NCBI GenBank assembly: GCA_963845565.1
Contig: CAWJSJ010000002.1
Coordinates: 672,001 to 736,000 of the forward strand
DNA length: 64,000 nt
Origin: an uncultured Methylomirabilota bacterium
GTDB lineage: Bacteria; Methylomirabilota; Methylomirabilia; Methylomirabilales; 2-02-FULL-66-22
Direction: 5' to 3'
Within the stretch, counting starts at the first letter, position 1, and every line of letters begins with the position of its first letter. Below are positions 50,723 to 62,971 of this stretch, in pieces. Under the pieces are notes generated by a model, which was not told the origin of the DNA, ran no database searches, and worked only from the letters and a program-made list of their open reading frames with translations. Made by a program: the position numbers and the translations under genes.

Positions 50723-53020
50723 ATGCGATACGGAATTCGTCCTCTGTCTGGGCTGATGCGGCGATTGCCCACGGTGTTCGTGCTGGGGATAATGCTGGTA
50801 GTCGGAGGACTCGGCCTGTGGCCCCGGCCGGCCCCTGCCGGAGAACCGAGTGCCGGCGCGGCGTGGAAAGACGGACTGCCTTTCAATTTGAACGGGGAGA
50901 TCGAGGCGGGGTGGCAGTACGTCTATAAGTCGGAAAACTCCGCGACCTTCAATGAATACCGGGATCTGAATACCGGTTTCATCATGCCGAGCTTCCGAAT
51001 CCTGGGAGAGGACAAAGCTCGCCGCGGATTTTGGGAGATGGGCGGGACTCGCCTGACACAGACGGATGCCAACTACTACGCGAACGCGGGAATCTACAAC
51101 TGGTTCAGGTTTGACTTCGAATACGACCGAATCCCGCATGTCCTCGCCAACAACGCCCAGACCATCTACGCCGAGGCCGCGCCCGGCCTCTTCTTCATCA
51201 ACGGGTCCGTCGCCCAGACCGCCCAGCTCCAAACCGCGCTGAACGCCGCGATCTCGACCCCACCCACCGCGGCCCAACGACTCAACATTATCAACGCGGT
51301 GAACAGCCTCCTGCAGCCGACCCCGCTCCGTTTCCAGACCGACACCGCCAGGTTCGGCCTCAACTGGCTTCCCCTGCCCGACCTGGAGCTCGCGGCCGGA
51401 TACTCGTACGCGACGCGCGAGGGGAAGATCCCTCTCGGGACCGTCATCGGCTCTCCCGGGAGCAACGTGCTGGAGCTGGCCATCCCGCGGGACGAGCGGA
51501 TTCACGAGATCAAATTCGGCGCCGATTACATCCGGAACTGGTATCAGCTCCGTTTCAACTATACCTACTCGCTCTTCGAGAACGAGGTGAACCGGATCGA
51601 GTGGCAAAACCCGTGCGGCACGGGTCCCTCCTGCGGCAACCCCTCCGGGCTGGGTCGCTACTCCACGATGCCGGAGAATTATGCCAACACGCTCTCCGGA
51701 GCCGGGGCCGTCACGCTGCCCTGGTGGGCAACCCGGCTGACCGGGGCACTGTCCTACAGCATGTGGCGGCAGAACGAGACCTTTTTGCCGTACACGACGG
51801 TCCCGGGATATACCGGCAACACGAGCGATGCCGGGGCGAACAGCCCCGACGCCAGCATGAACGTGTTGCTCGTGAATCTTGGGCTGACCGCCCGCCCGCT
51901 CCGGGACGTGACCATTGCGGCCCGGTATCGCATGTACGACCTGGAGAACGATACGCCGGTACAAACCTTCACGAATATCCTCAATCCGGGCGATCTCACG
52001 CCGGCGAGCACCAACAACACTCACACCAGCGAACCCTACGCGTTCCGCAGACAGAACGCGGGCGGGGACGTGTCGTGGCGGATTGCCAAACCCATCACAC
52101 TGCGCGCCGGATACGAGTACGTGCAGTGGAACCGGAAAGACCGGGAGACCGCCAGTACCCATGAGAATATCGGCAAAGCGGTGATGGACGTCCAGCCCTG
52201 GTCGTGGCTGCTGGCCCGCCTCCAATACTCACACGGCGTCCGGGTCATCAACGGAACATACGAGCCGCTGGGCGGAAACGCCACCGCACTCCCGCAATTC
52301 CGGAAGTTCGATCAGGCGGACCGTACCCAGGACAAGGGCGATGTCCTGTTGCAGATCACTCCCATCGACACCCTGACCCTGAGCGGGTCGTTCTATATCG
52401 CAAATGACAACTACTTTAACACCACGTACGGCGTGAATGGCGTGCAGGCACTCGGCTATTCCTTCGACGCGTCGTGGGCGCCCCTGGAGCGGCTCAATCT
52501 TTACGCCGGATGGGTCCACGATCTCTACAAATCGAATCAGCAGAACTGCGCTATCGCCGCGGGGCCACCGACGCCCTGCGACCCGCTGAACAGCTTTGTC
52601 GTGGATCCTCAGGACATGTTGGACGTGGTCCGCGCCGGCGTTAACGTCGTCGTCATCCCGAGCGTACTCGATCTCAGCCTTGGCTATTCGTACTCCTTCG
52701 GGCGAAGCAAATACTCGTTCTCAAGCACTCCGGGTGGTGCGGCGACCGGCGAACCCGCGTCTGTGCCCGAGGTGGAGAACAAGTTCAACATTTTCAACGT
52801 GGTGGCACGCTACTTCATCAACAAGGAGTGGACTCTGAAGCTCGGGTTCCAGTACGAGCGGTACGACGAAAAGGACTTCACGACCGACACGATCCAACCG
52901 TCGGTGGCTGCCGTCCCCGGAACGACCGCCGCGGCGGATCTGCGATCCATCGTGCTCGGCGCGAAGCACCCTTCCTACTCGAATTACATTATGGCGCTGT
53001 CGTTGGCGTATCGGTTCTAG
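50723..53020 (+). CDS. MtrB/PioB family decaheme-associated outer-membrane beta-barrel
   Basis: Follows the decaheme gene. FNEYRDL, YDRIPH, YSLFEN, RKFDQADR, alternating beta strands, terminal LAYRF. Confidence 0.9.
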   Translation: MRYGIRPLSGLMRRLPTVFVLGIMLVVGGLGLWPRPAPAGEPSAGAAWKDGLPFNLNGEIEAGWQYVYKSENSATFNEYRDLNTGFIMPSFRILGEDKARRGFWEMGGTRLTQTDANYYANAGIYNWFRFDFEYDRIPHVLANNAQTIYAEAAPGLFFINGSVAQTAQLQTALNAAISTPPTAAQRLNIINAVNSLLQPTPLRFQTDTARFGLNWLPLPDLELAAGYSYATREGKIPLGTVIGSPGSNVLELAIPRDERIHEIKFGADYIRNWYQLRFNYTYSLFENEVNRIEWQNPCGTGPSCGNPSGLGRYSTMPENYANTLSGAGAVTLPWWATRLTGALSYSMWRQNETFLPYTTVPGYTGNTSDAGANSPDASMNVLLVNLGLTARPLRDVTIAARYRMYDLENDTPVQTFTNILNPGDLTPASTNNTHTSEPYAFRRQNAGGDVSWRIAKPITLRAGYEYVQWNRKDRETASTHENIGKAVMDVQPWSWLLARLQYSHGVRVINGTYEPLGGNATALPQFRKFDQADRTQDKGDVLLQITPIDTLTLSGSFYIANDNYFNTTYGVNGVQALGYSFDASWAPLERLNLYAGWVHDLYKSNQQNCAIAAGPPTPCDPLNSFVVDPQDMLDVVRAGVNVVVIPSVLDLSLGYSYSFGRSKYSFSSTPGGAATGEPASVPEVENKFNIFNVVARYFINKEWTLKLGFQYERYDEKDFTTDTIQPSVAAVPGTTAAADLRSIVLGAKHPSYSNYIMALSLAYRF

Positions 53021-53189
53021 CTGCTGGTAGCGAATCGGCCCGCCACGCCTTGACGGGGCGGCCGGTGCGGCCCATATTATCACCGGGGATCGCAGCGCGC
53101 GGGAACCAGACCCTCTGGCGATCGCAAACGAGAGGGGCGCAGCGTCCCGTGCCGACCATGCCTATCGGGCCTGTCGTGAGGAGGCTTCC

Positions 53190-53522
53190 ATGCGACACCG
53201 CATCGCCGTCGGTTTCTTGCTCGCTCTTCTCGCCGGGTGTGTTGCGCAACAGCAGACGGTGACCCCGCAGCGCTTGCCGGACGAAGCCGTCGGGACTCTG
53301 ACCGCGAAAGAGGCCATCGGGAAGCTCGGGGCGCCCACATACGAGCGGTTGTGCGAGGACGGGAGCACGACGCTTGGCTGGAAGCACGCCGCGCCCCCGC
53401 AAACGAAGCTGCCTGAGCCCGGACGGCTTCTGATTCTTCGGTCGCCGACCGAGCCCAAGGAGTCGCTGGTCTGCAAGTTCGATCAGAACGGCAAGCTCTT
53501 GTGGTGGCGCGAAGTGAAATAG
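53190..53522 (+). CDS. Small lipoprotein of unknown function
   Basis: GGAGG RBS and lipobox LAGC. KLGAP and KFDQNGKL resemble the SmpA/OmlA-like fold. Confidence 0.72.
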   Translation: MRHRIAVGFLLALLAGCVAQQQTVTPQRLPDEAVGTLTAKEAIGKLGAPTYERLCEDGSTTLGWKHAAPPQTKLPEPGRLLILRSPTEPKESLVCKFDQNGKLLWWREVK

Positions 53523-53932
53523 GGGCGGTGGCGCGCCGCCGCGGCGTTCACGGGACCTCGGCTCTGCTCGACTGACGACGATTCCGTACCTGAAATACAT
53601 GCGGCCCCTCCCGTCATGGTGGTCTTGGCGGAAGGGGCCGCATGTATTTCCAGCGATCGGGCGAGGACGCCGGTTCGAGCGGATGGGGCTTGGGCGCGCA
53701 CCGGTCCGGATAAGAGGTTGACGCGATCAGGTACGGCGTCCCGGCACTTGGCCGTGGCTGGGAAAGCGTGGTATAGTCCCGCCGCTCCCGGAAAACTCGG
53801 GGCCGGTACGGCCGCGGAGAGTGGCGCAGGGCGAGAATGGCCGCTCCTCGGGGCCTCACCCGGGGATCGGCGGCGCGGATCACAGATTGGCGGATACGGA
53901 CCGAAACTGCAGCAGACATAAGGAGACAAACG

Positions 53933-54961
53933 ATGAAGGCCTTGATCAAGGACAAGCCCGTCAGAGGCGCCACACTCACCGACCGCCCGATTCCGAAGAT
54001 CGGCGACAATGACCTCTTGGTGAAGGTCCGCGCGGCGGCGGTGTGCGGGACGGACATCCACATCTATCAGTGGAACGAGTACGCATCCTCCCGGATCAAG
54101 CTGCCCCTTCTGTTCGGCCACGAATATGCCGCCGAAGTGGTCGAGGTGGGGAAGAACGTGGGTCACTTCAAGACGGGGGATCGCGTGGCGGCCGAGACCC
54201 ACATTCCCTGCGGCCACTGCTTTCAGTGCACGACCGGGCTCCAGCACATCTGCCGCGACATGAAGATCATCGGTGTCCACACCGACGGGGCATTCTCTGA
54301 GTACTCCGTCCTGCCCGCGGTCTGCGCCTGGAAGCTGGACCCCGGGATCTCGTACGAGATCGGCTCGACCATGGAGCCGTTCGGGATCGGCGTGCACGCC
54401 GTCTCCAAGACCAAACCGGCCGGGAAGAAGGTGGTGGTCTATGGCTGCGGGCCGATCGGTATCTATGCCCAGATGGTGGCCAAATTCAGCGGCGCCGAGT
54501 GTGTGATCGGCGTGGATGTGGCGAAGGAGCGCCTGAGTCTCGCCAAGCAGATGGGGACCGATGTGGTTCTGAACCCCAAGGAGGTGTCGGTCGTCGACGA
54601 GGTCAACAAGATCACCAAGGGGTTCGGCGCCGACATCGTCATCGAGCTGACCGGGAACAAGAACGTAGTGAATGACGCCAGCCGGAACCTTCGCCGCGGA
54701 GGCGATATGGTTCTGGTCGGCCTCTACTCGGGGTCGGTCGAGTGGGATCTGGTGAACAACGTGATCTACAAGGAAGCCAATGTGTTCGGGGTCACGGGCA
54801 GGATCATGTGGGACAGCTGGTGGACAGCCCAAGGGATCCTGCTGTCGGGCAAGGTGGACGTGACCCCGGTGATCACGCACACCTTTGGCCTGGATGACTA
54901 CGATCGAGCGATCCAGGCGGCGGAGTCCGCGAGCGGCGGGAAAGTGGTGTTCAAGATCTAA
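53933..54961 (+). CDS. tdh: L-threonine 3-dehydrogenase-like Zn-dependent dehydrogenase
   Basis: AAVCGTDIHIYQW, GHE, AETHIPCGHCFQC..G..HIC, GCGPIG, GVTGR..W..W, PVITH, GKVV. Confidence 0.82.
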   Translation: MKALIKDKPVRGATLTDRPIPKIGDNDLLVKVRAAAVCGTDIHIYQWNEYASSRIKLPLLFGHEYAAEVVEVGKNVGHFKTGDRVAAETHIPCGHCFQCTTGLQHICRDMKIIGVHTDGAFSEYSVLPAVCAWKLDPGISYEIGSTMEPFGIGVHAVSKTKPAGKKVVVYGCGPIGIYAQMVAKFSGAECVIGVDVAKERLSLAKQMGTDVVLNPKEVSVVDEVNKITKGFGADIVIELTGNKNVVNDASRNLRRGGDMVLVGLYSGSVEWDLVNNVIYKEANVFGVTGRIMWDSWWTAQGILLSGKVDVTPVITHTFGLDDYDRAIQAAESASGGKVVFKI

Positions 54962-55155
54962 CGGGCCGCTAAAAACGGCCCATCTGCGGGGATCCATCCT
55001 CTGGATGGGTACCCCGCCCGCTCGGGCCCTCGCTGCGGCGTACCCAGTGTACGCTCACTCGGCCCCGGGTACCCATCCGGAGGATGGGTGACGCCGCCTG
55101 GCATCTGGACCTTTTTGAGCGGCCCGACGCCAAGCAGGCTTTTCGGCGGCCTGAT
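54959..55155. repeat. Palindromic MITE/REP-like element, family A, copy 2
   Basis: TAACGGGCCGCTAAAAACGGCCCATCTGC...GCATCTGGACCTTTTTGAGCGGCCCG, colinear with 16023-16218. Confidence 0.85.
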
Positions 55156-55283
55156 CGGCGAGCCGAGTCAATATCTTCCGCCCTGGAATTGCGCGAGTGC
55201 GAAACCAGGGCGGTTTTTTGTGCCGCCCTTCTGGAAGGCGACCAGGTGTCATGCTATAGTGCCAGACGGAGGGAGGGGTGGGC

Positions 55284-55577
55284 ATGATCTCGATGAGTGC
55301 CCCGGCACGGCGGGAGTTCGAGGAATTGCGACGGGCAGGCAAGCCACGCCTCGGCATTCAGGTCGGTTTCATCTATGGGTGCGGCGGCGCGGGGTTCCGC
55401 GTCGTGTTCACCGAGGAGCCGGCCGGGGTCTCCCGCCTGGAGATCGAGGGAATCCCGATCGGGCTGGATGCCGAGAGTCGGGAGCGGCTGCGCGGCGCCG
55501 TGATCGATTGGGAAGAGAGCCCTGAGCGAGGCTTCGTCCTTCGGCATCCGGACGCCGCGCTGGTGGAATTCTGCTGA
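55284..55577 (+). CDS. HesB/IscA-like small protein
   Basis: ISMSAPA, GCGGAGF, EGIPIGLD, GAVIDW, GFVL.HP, terminal C. Confidence 0.75.
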   Translation: MISMSAPARREFEELRRAGKPRLGIQVGFIYGCGGAGFRVVFTEEPAGVSRLEIEGIPIGLDAESRERLRGAVIDWEESPERGFVLRHPDAALVEFC

Positions 55578-55629
55578 GCGGGGCGCCAGTGGCCCGCACA
55601 TGCGATCCATGGAAAGGAGGCACAGTCAA

Positions 55630-56391
55630 TTGAAACTCAAGGGAAAAGCAGCGCTGGTGACCGGAGGCGGCACCGGGATGGGGCGCGCGATCACTCTGAA
55701 GCTCGCAGGGGAGGGGGCCGATGTGGCCATCAACTACTCCCGGCGCGCGAAGGAAGCGGAGGAAACCGTCGAGGCGGCTCGGCGCCTCGGGGTTCGGGCC
55801 TTCGCCATGAAAGCCGATGTTGCGGTGGACGCCGAGGCGGTCCGGCTGGTAGACGAGACGGCGAAACAATTCGGCCGGCTGGACGTCTTGATCAACAACG
55901 CCGGCTGGAGCACGGTGGTCCCGCACCGGCAGCTGGACGGACTCACTGAGGAGGTCCTGGAGCGGACCTGGCAGATCAATGTCAAGGGGCCGATCTACGT
56001 CACCCGGGCGGCCATTCCCCACTTGGTGAAGGCGGGCGGGGGCGCCATCGTCAACACCACCTCTGTCGCGGCCTATCACGGGGCGGGCAGCTCGATCATC
56101 TACGGTGCGTCGAAGGCCGCCTTGGGGGCGATCACGAAATCCCTGGCCCGCGCCTTTGCCAAAGACAACATTCGGGTCAACGCCATCGCGCCGGGCTTCG
56201 TGGATACCCAGTTCGTCAACTGGCCTGCCGGCGTGAAGGAAAAAGCCATCGCGGGGAGCCCCATGGGCCGGATCCCGACGGTGGACGACGCCGCCAACGC
56301 CGTCCTCTACCTTGCCTGCGATGCCACCGGAGTGACCGCCCAGACGATCCTTGTGGACTGCGGCGTCACGGTTCTGCTGCCGGTCGTCTGA
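55630..56391 (+). CDS. SDR family oxidoreductase
   Basis: TTG start after AGGAGG, TGGGTGMG, NNAG, YGASK, RVNAIAPG. Confidence 0.95.
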   Translation: MKLKGKAALVTGGGTGMGRAITLKLAGEGADVAINYSRRAKEAEETVEAARRLGVRAFAMKADVAVDAEAVRLVDETAKQFGRLDVLINNAGWSTVVPHRQLDGLTEEVLERTWQINVKGPIYVTRAAIPHLVKAGGGAIVNTTSVAAYHGAGSSIIYGASKAALGAITKSLARAFAKDNIRVNAIAPGFVDTQFVNWPAGVKEKAIAGSPMGRIPTVDDAANAVLYLACDATGVTAQTILVDCGVTVLLPVV

Positions 56392-56411
56392 TTCGTACGC
56401 CTCGCCAGCTT

Positions 56412-56452
56412 CCCCCACAGGCAGAGCTGCAGGCTCTGCCTGTGGGGGTTTG
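56412..56452 (+). terminator. Intrinsic terminator
   Basis: CCCCCACAGGCAGAGC-TGCAG-GCTCTGCCTGTGGGGG followed by TTTG. Confidence 0.75.
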
Positions 56453-56521
56453 TCCTTACATTGCCCATAATCCCATATACATTACCGGTTAAGTCCTGTT
56501 AAATATTTGTAAAAAAAGGGC

Positions 56522-56579
56522 TTGACGGAACTGCAGACTTGTAACAGATTATGGGTGTTCCGGTCAGACCACCTTACCA
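56522..56579 (+). promoter_or_regulatory. Promoter with FadR-type operator candidate
   Basis: AT-rich upstream tract, TTGACG-N17-CAGATT, then GGTCAGACCACCTTACCA resembling the TGGT-N3-ACCA boxes of LldR/PdhR/GlcC regulators. Confidence 0.6.
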
Positions 56580-56691
56580 TCTCACCACAATTTCTTTCTT
56601 TGGAGTCTTCATTAGCCGTCGGACACTGATCGATATCGGGACCCAAGGGTAGCTGCTGACCCAGTTGTGCGCGATCCGCCGGAGGTGTTTT

Positions 56692-57470
56692 GTGGAATCG
56701 GTGAGTCGCAGGGCGTTCCGGGTTGTTCGGAAGACGCGGGTCTCCGAAGAGATCGTCGGACAGGTTCGCGACCTCATCACGTCCGGCCGCCTGAAGGTCG
56801 GGGACCGGCTCCCCGCAGAGCGGGAACTTGCCACGGTCCTCGGGGTGGGCCGATCCACCGTCCGAGAGGCCATTCGGGCTCTGGAATCGCTCGGGATCCT
56901 CGAGGCCCGACCCGGCGAAGGCACCTTCCTGGTTTCCAACCCCGCCGACGCACAGCCCGACCCCATCACCGCCAACGCATTCAAGTCCTGGGAAAATCAG
57001 CGCAAGCTCTTCGAGGTCCGGATGGTCATCGAGCCGGACCTGGCGGCACTGGCCGCCCGCCGCGCCTCGTTTGAGCAGATCCTGAAGATGCGGGACGTCC
57101 TCCGGGAACAAGAAACATCCGTCCGGCAGGGAGAAACCGGCATCAAGGCCGACTCGACGTTCCATTTTCTCATGGCGGAGGCCGCCGGGAACGAGATCCT
57201 GCTCCGCATCATGGACAGCCTGATGGATCTCCTGCGGGAGACGCGCGAGACGAGCTTGCAGGCCAGCGGCCGCTCGATCCGTTCCCTGAAGCAGCACAAG
57301 GCGCTCCTGCGCGCCATCGAGACCCGGGATCCCGCCGCCGCGGAGCGCCACATGCGCGAGCACATCACCGAAATGGAAAAACTGGTCTTCTCGACCCAGG
57401 AGTGGCCGGTGGGATCGACCGTCGAATCCGCTCCGCCCCGCCACTTTCCAGGGTGGGAGAATCTGCGTGA
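56692..57470 (+). CDS. FadR/GntR family regulator; the stop is lost as assembled (apparent indel in the 3' tail)
   Basis: GDRLPAERELA..LGVGRSTVREA, LFEVRMVIEP, ADSTFH, AAGN, H..LL.AI...D..AAE..MREH. A TGA overlapping the next GTG (57467-57470) is one frame off. Confidence 0.88.
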
Positions 57471-59587
57471 ACGAGGTGGCATCGGAAGAGCGAAAATTCA
57501 AGGTCGCCGAGGCGTTCCTCGAGGACGTCGGCAAGGGGTACGCCCGCATGGATGCGGACGACCTGATCAAGCTGCGCGCCGCCCCGGGGGACGTGCTCTT
57601 GATCACGGGGCGTCGCCCCACGGTGGCGCGGGCGGTCCAGGCGCCCCCGAGTCACTGCGGCCAGTATCTGATCATGATGGACGGGACCACGCGCAACAAC
57701 GCGCAGGCCGGCGTGGACGAGTTCGTCACCGTCAAGAAGGTCCCCTTCAAGGCGGCCAATTCGGTCCTGCTGTCGCCAGTCCAGGCGAATCAGAGCGCCC
57801 CCACCGAGGAGGAGATCCCGCACATCCGGCAGCTCTTGCTCGGGCTTCCCGTCATCATCGGGGACAGCCTCCAGATCACGTTCCTGGGGTCGCGACCTCG
57901 GTCGTTCACGGTCGACGGCTCGAATCCGCGCGGTGCGGTCCTTATCTCCAACGACACCGTGATCGCCTTCCGTCCGCCCGAGGTGTCGGCGGAAAAAGCC
58001 TACCGCATTTCCTACGAGGACATCGGCGGCCTGGATCGGGAGGTCTCGCTGGTCCGGGAGATGGTCGAGCTGCCCTTGAAGTTTCCCCAGCTTTTCGGCA
58101 TGCTCGGCATCGATCCGCCGAGGGGCGTCCTGCTCACCGGACCTCCCGGCACGGGCAAGACGCTCATCGCCCGGGCCGTCTCCCACGAGGTGCGGGCCCA
58201 CTTCATCCATATCAACGGGCCCGAGGTCATCCACAAGTTCTATGGTGAGAGCGAAGCCAAGTTACGCCAGGTCTTCGAAGAGGCCCAACGGAACGCCCCC
58301 AGCATCATCTTCCTGGACGAGATCGACGCCCTGGCGCCCAAGCGCTCCGTGGTGGTGGGGGACGTGGAGAAGCGGGTAGTGGCCCAGTTGCTCGCCCTCA
58401 TGGATGGCCTGGTGGAGCGGGGCGAGGTGATGGTGATCGGGGCCACCAACATGCCGGACCTGGTGGACCCGGCCCTCCGGCGCCCTGGTCGGTTCGATCG
58501 CGAGATCACCATCGGCGTCCCGGGGCGCGAGGGGCGACGGCACATCCTGGGCATCCACTCGCGCCGGATGCCGCTGGCGTCGGACGTGGACCTGGACCAG
58601 TTGGCGGACATCACCCATGGGTACGTCGGCGCCGATCTGGCCGTCCTCTGCAAGGAGGCCGGAATGGTGGCCCTGCGCCGGCTGCTGCCCCAGGTGCGGT
58701 TCGAAGTGGACGGCAAGCCCGAACTGGACAATGTCAAGGCCCGGATCGTCCTCGACGACTTCATGGCGGCCTTCAAGGTCGTCGCGCCCACCGCCACGCG
58801 GGAGTTCCTGGCCGAGCGGCCGCGGATGACCCTCAAGGATGTGGGCGGCCTTGCCGAGACCAAGCGCACCTTGCTCTCCATCGTGCAGCTTTTCCGCGGG
58901 GGCGGTGCCCTGGTCGGTCACACCCGGTTCAGCCCGCCGAAGGGGATCCTCCTCACCGGTCCATCGGGGACCGGCAAGACCATCCTGGCCCGGGCCTTGG
59001 CCGGGGAGATGGGGCTCACCCTGATAACAGTGGATCAGCCGAGCCTGCTTTCCAAGTGGGTCGGCGAGTCGGAGAAGGGGTTGCGCGAGGTCTTCAAGCG
59101 GGCAAAGCAGGCCTCGCCCTGTATCCTCTTCTTCGACGAGATCGAATCCCTGGTCCCGGTCCGGTCCGCCCTGGAGGCCGGCAGTCTCTTCTCCCGTCTG
59201 GTCAGCCAGCTTTTCCGGGAACTGGACGACCTGCACGGGTCGCTGGGCGTGGTCGTCCTGGGAGCCACCAATCGGCCCGACATGATGGAGCCCGCACTCC
59301 TGCGGGCGGGCCGCTTCGACTACGTCCTGGAGCTGCCGCTTCCGACGCGGGACGAGCGGCGGGAGATCCTGGCCATCCAGACCGAGGGCCTGCCCCTCAC
59401 CGATGACGTGAACCTGGCGGAACTGGCGGACGCCACGGGCGGATGGACCGGGGCGGATCTGGAGCTGGTCTGCAAGAAGGCGGCGATCCTGGCGCTGGAG
59501 GAGTATCGTAACCGGCCGTCCGAGACCTTCCGCCTGACCGCGCGGCATCTTGCGGACGCCCGGGCGCAGGTGAAAACCATGAAATAG
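57467..59587 (+). CDS. Cdc48/p97/VAT-like double AAA+ ATPase with N-domain
   Basis: VAEA...DVGKGYARM, SYEDIGGL, REMVELPL, GPPGTGKT, FLDEID, ALRRPGRFDRE. D2: GPSGTGKT, SKWVGESEK, FFDEIE, ALLRAGRFD. Confidence 0.94.
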   Translation: MNEVASEERKFKVAEAFLEDVGKGYARMDADDLIKLRAAPGDVLLITGRRPTVARAVQAPPSHCGQYLIMMDGTTRNNAQAGVDEFVTVKKVPFKAANSVLLSPVQANQSAPTEEEIPHIRQLLLGLPVIIGDSLQITFLGSRPRSFTVDGSNPRGAVLISNDTVIAFRPPEVSAEKAYRISYEDIGGLDREVSLVREMVELPLKFPQLFGMLGIDPPRGVLLTGPPGTGKTLIARAVSHEVRAHFIHINGPEVIHKFYGESEAKLRQVFEEAQRNAPSIIFLDEIDALAPKRSVVVGDVEKRVVAQLLALMDGLVERGEVMVIGATNMPDLVDPALRRPGRFDREITIGVPGREGRRHILGIHSRRMPLASDVDLDQLADITHGYVGADLAVLCKEAGMVALRRLLPQVRFEVDGKPELDNVKARIVLDDFMAAFKVVAPTATREFLAERPRMTLKDVGGLAETKRTLLSIVQLFRGGGALVGHTRFSPPKGILLTGPSGTGKTILARALAGEMGLTLITVDQPSLLSKWVGESEKGLREVFKRAKQASPCILFFDEIESLVPVRSALEAGSLFSRLVSQLFRELDDLHGSLGVVVLGATNRPDMMEPALLRAGRFDYVLELPLPTRDERREILAIQTEGLPLTDDVNLAELADATGGWTGADLELVCKKAAILALEEYRNRPSETFRLTARHLADARAQVKTMK

Positions 59588-59689
59588 TCCCGCGAGCGGG
59601 ACGATCGGAAGGAGGTGACGGCAGACTCGCGGTGCAACGCGAGATCCGGTGGAGGCGAGGTTAATAACTAGCAGGTCAAGGAGGGACTC

Positions 59690-60295
59690 ATGGCAAGTAT
59701 CAAACAGATCACGGTATGGGCTCGAGGCGTCATTCAGGATAAGGAAGGACGCGATATCTCTAATGGCATCGCGGCGGCCGCAGGTTTCGAGGGCAAGTTT
59801 AACCAGTCGTTCGACAACTACGTGGATCTTCCGGATCGGGTGAACGTCCCCCTGCGGAAGTACGCGCGGATCAGCGACGAGGAGATCGAGGAGCGGTACG
59901 AGTACGAGAACCTGCATCCGGAAATCGTCATTCTGGCGGATGCCACCATCGCGAAGGGGATGAACGTCCTGCTCGGGATGCAAAAAGGCGGCACGCTGTT
60001 GGTCAACACCAACCGGGCGCCTGAAGACATCCTGAAGTTCATCCCGAACAAGGACCTGCTGAAGCAGATCGTCTGCGTGGACGCCAACGCCATCTGCGGC
60101 GTTCAGACGGTGGACTTCTCCGGCTCCGAGGGCGGCGTGGACATGCTGGGTATGGGCTCGGGCGTCGCGGCCCCCATCCTGGGCGCGCTCGTCAAAGCCA
60201 CCAGTGTGGTGAAGCTCGAGAGCCTTGCCAAGGTGGTCAAGAACAGCGAGGCCATGTACAAGGGGTACGATCAGGCGAAGGTGAAGACCCTGTAG
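59690..60295 (+). CDS. 2-oxoacid:ferredoxin oxidoreductase gamma-type subunit, oxalate oxidoreductase-like
   Basis: KQITVWARGV, NYVDLPDR..VP.R.YARIS, YENL.P, SG.EGG.D..G.G.G.AAPI match the recalled N-terminal part of the Moorella OOR delta subunit. Confidence 0.85.
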   Translation: MASIKQITVWARGVIQDKEGRDISNGIAAAAGFEGKFNQSFDNYVDLPDRVNVPLRKYARISDEEIEERYEYENLHPEIVILADATIAKGMNVLLGMQKGGTLLVNTNRAPEDILKFIPNKDLLKQIVCVDANAICGVQTVDFSGSEGGVDMLGMGSGVAAPILGALVKATSVVKLESLAKVVKNSEAMYKGYDQAKVKTL

Positions 60296-60327
60296 GGACG
60301 GGGTCCATTTCAAGAGGAGGTTAGGCG

Positions 60328-60660
60328 ATGCCGCATTTCAAGATCCCGAAGGAAAAAGAGGTGCCCCTCGGTTGTATCACGCCGGCGCCGGTTGGCGAGC
60401 AGCCCATGATGATCACGGGCAACTGGCGGATCTATCGGCCGGTGCTCGACCCCGAGAAGTGCAACCTGTGCATGAGCTGTATCATCTTCTGCCCGGACGC
60501 CTGCTGGCAGCTCAACGCGGAAGAGGACGAGCCGGTGTGGAACGCGAAGTATTGCAAGGGTTGCGCGATCTGTGTCAACGAGTGCACCTCTGGCGCACTG
60601 ACCAGGGCCTATGAGCTGGATTTCGAGGACGGCGTGGTCCGACTGGAAAAACCGTTCTAA
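60328..60660 (+). CDS. 2x[4Fe-4S] delta subunit of the same enzyme
   Basis: TGNWRIYRP, CNLCMSCIIFCPD, YCKGCAICVNEC, ELDF. Confidence 0.92.
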   Translation: MPHFKIPKEKEVPLGCITPAPVGEQPMMITGNWRIYRPVLDPEKCNLCMSCIIFCPDACWQLNAEEDEPVWNAKYCKGCAICVNECTSGALTRAYELDFEDGVVRLEKPF

Positions 60661-60673
60661 GGAGGGAGTTCCC

Positions 60674-62971
<2,298 letters not shown>

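Noticed and set aside
53780..53930. Glycine riboswitch in the tdh leader
   Set aside because: GGAGAG is present but the CCGAAG and CTCTCAGG core elements are not. An Rfam scan would be needed.
56665..58248. 527-aa GntR protein with a novel C-terminal domain
   Set aside because: The extension is an off-frame read of the Cdc48 gene caused by a missed stop, and a GTGA overlap exists at 57467-57470.
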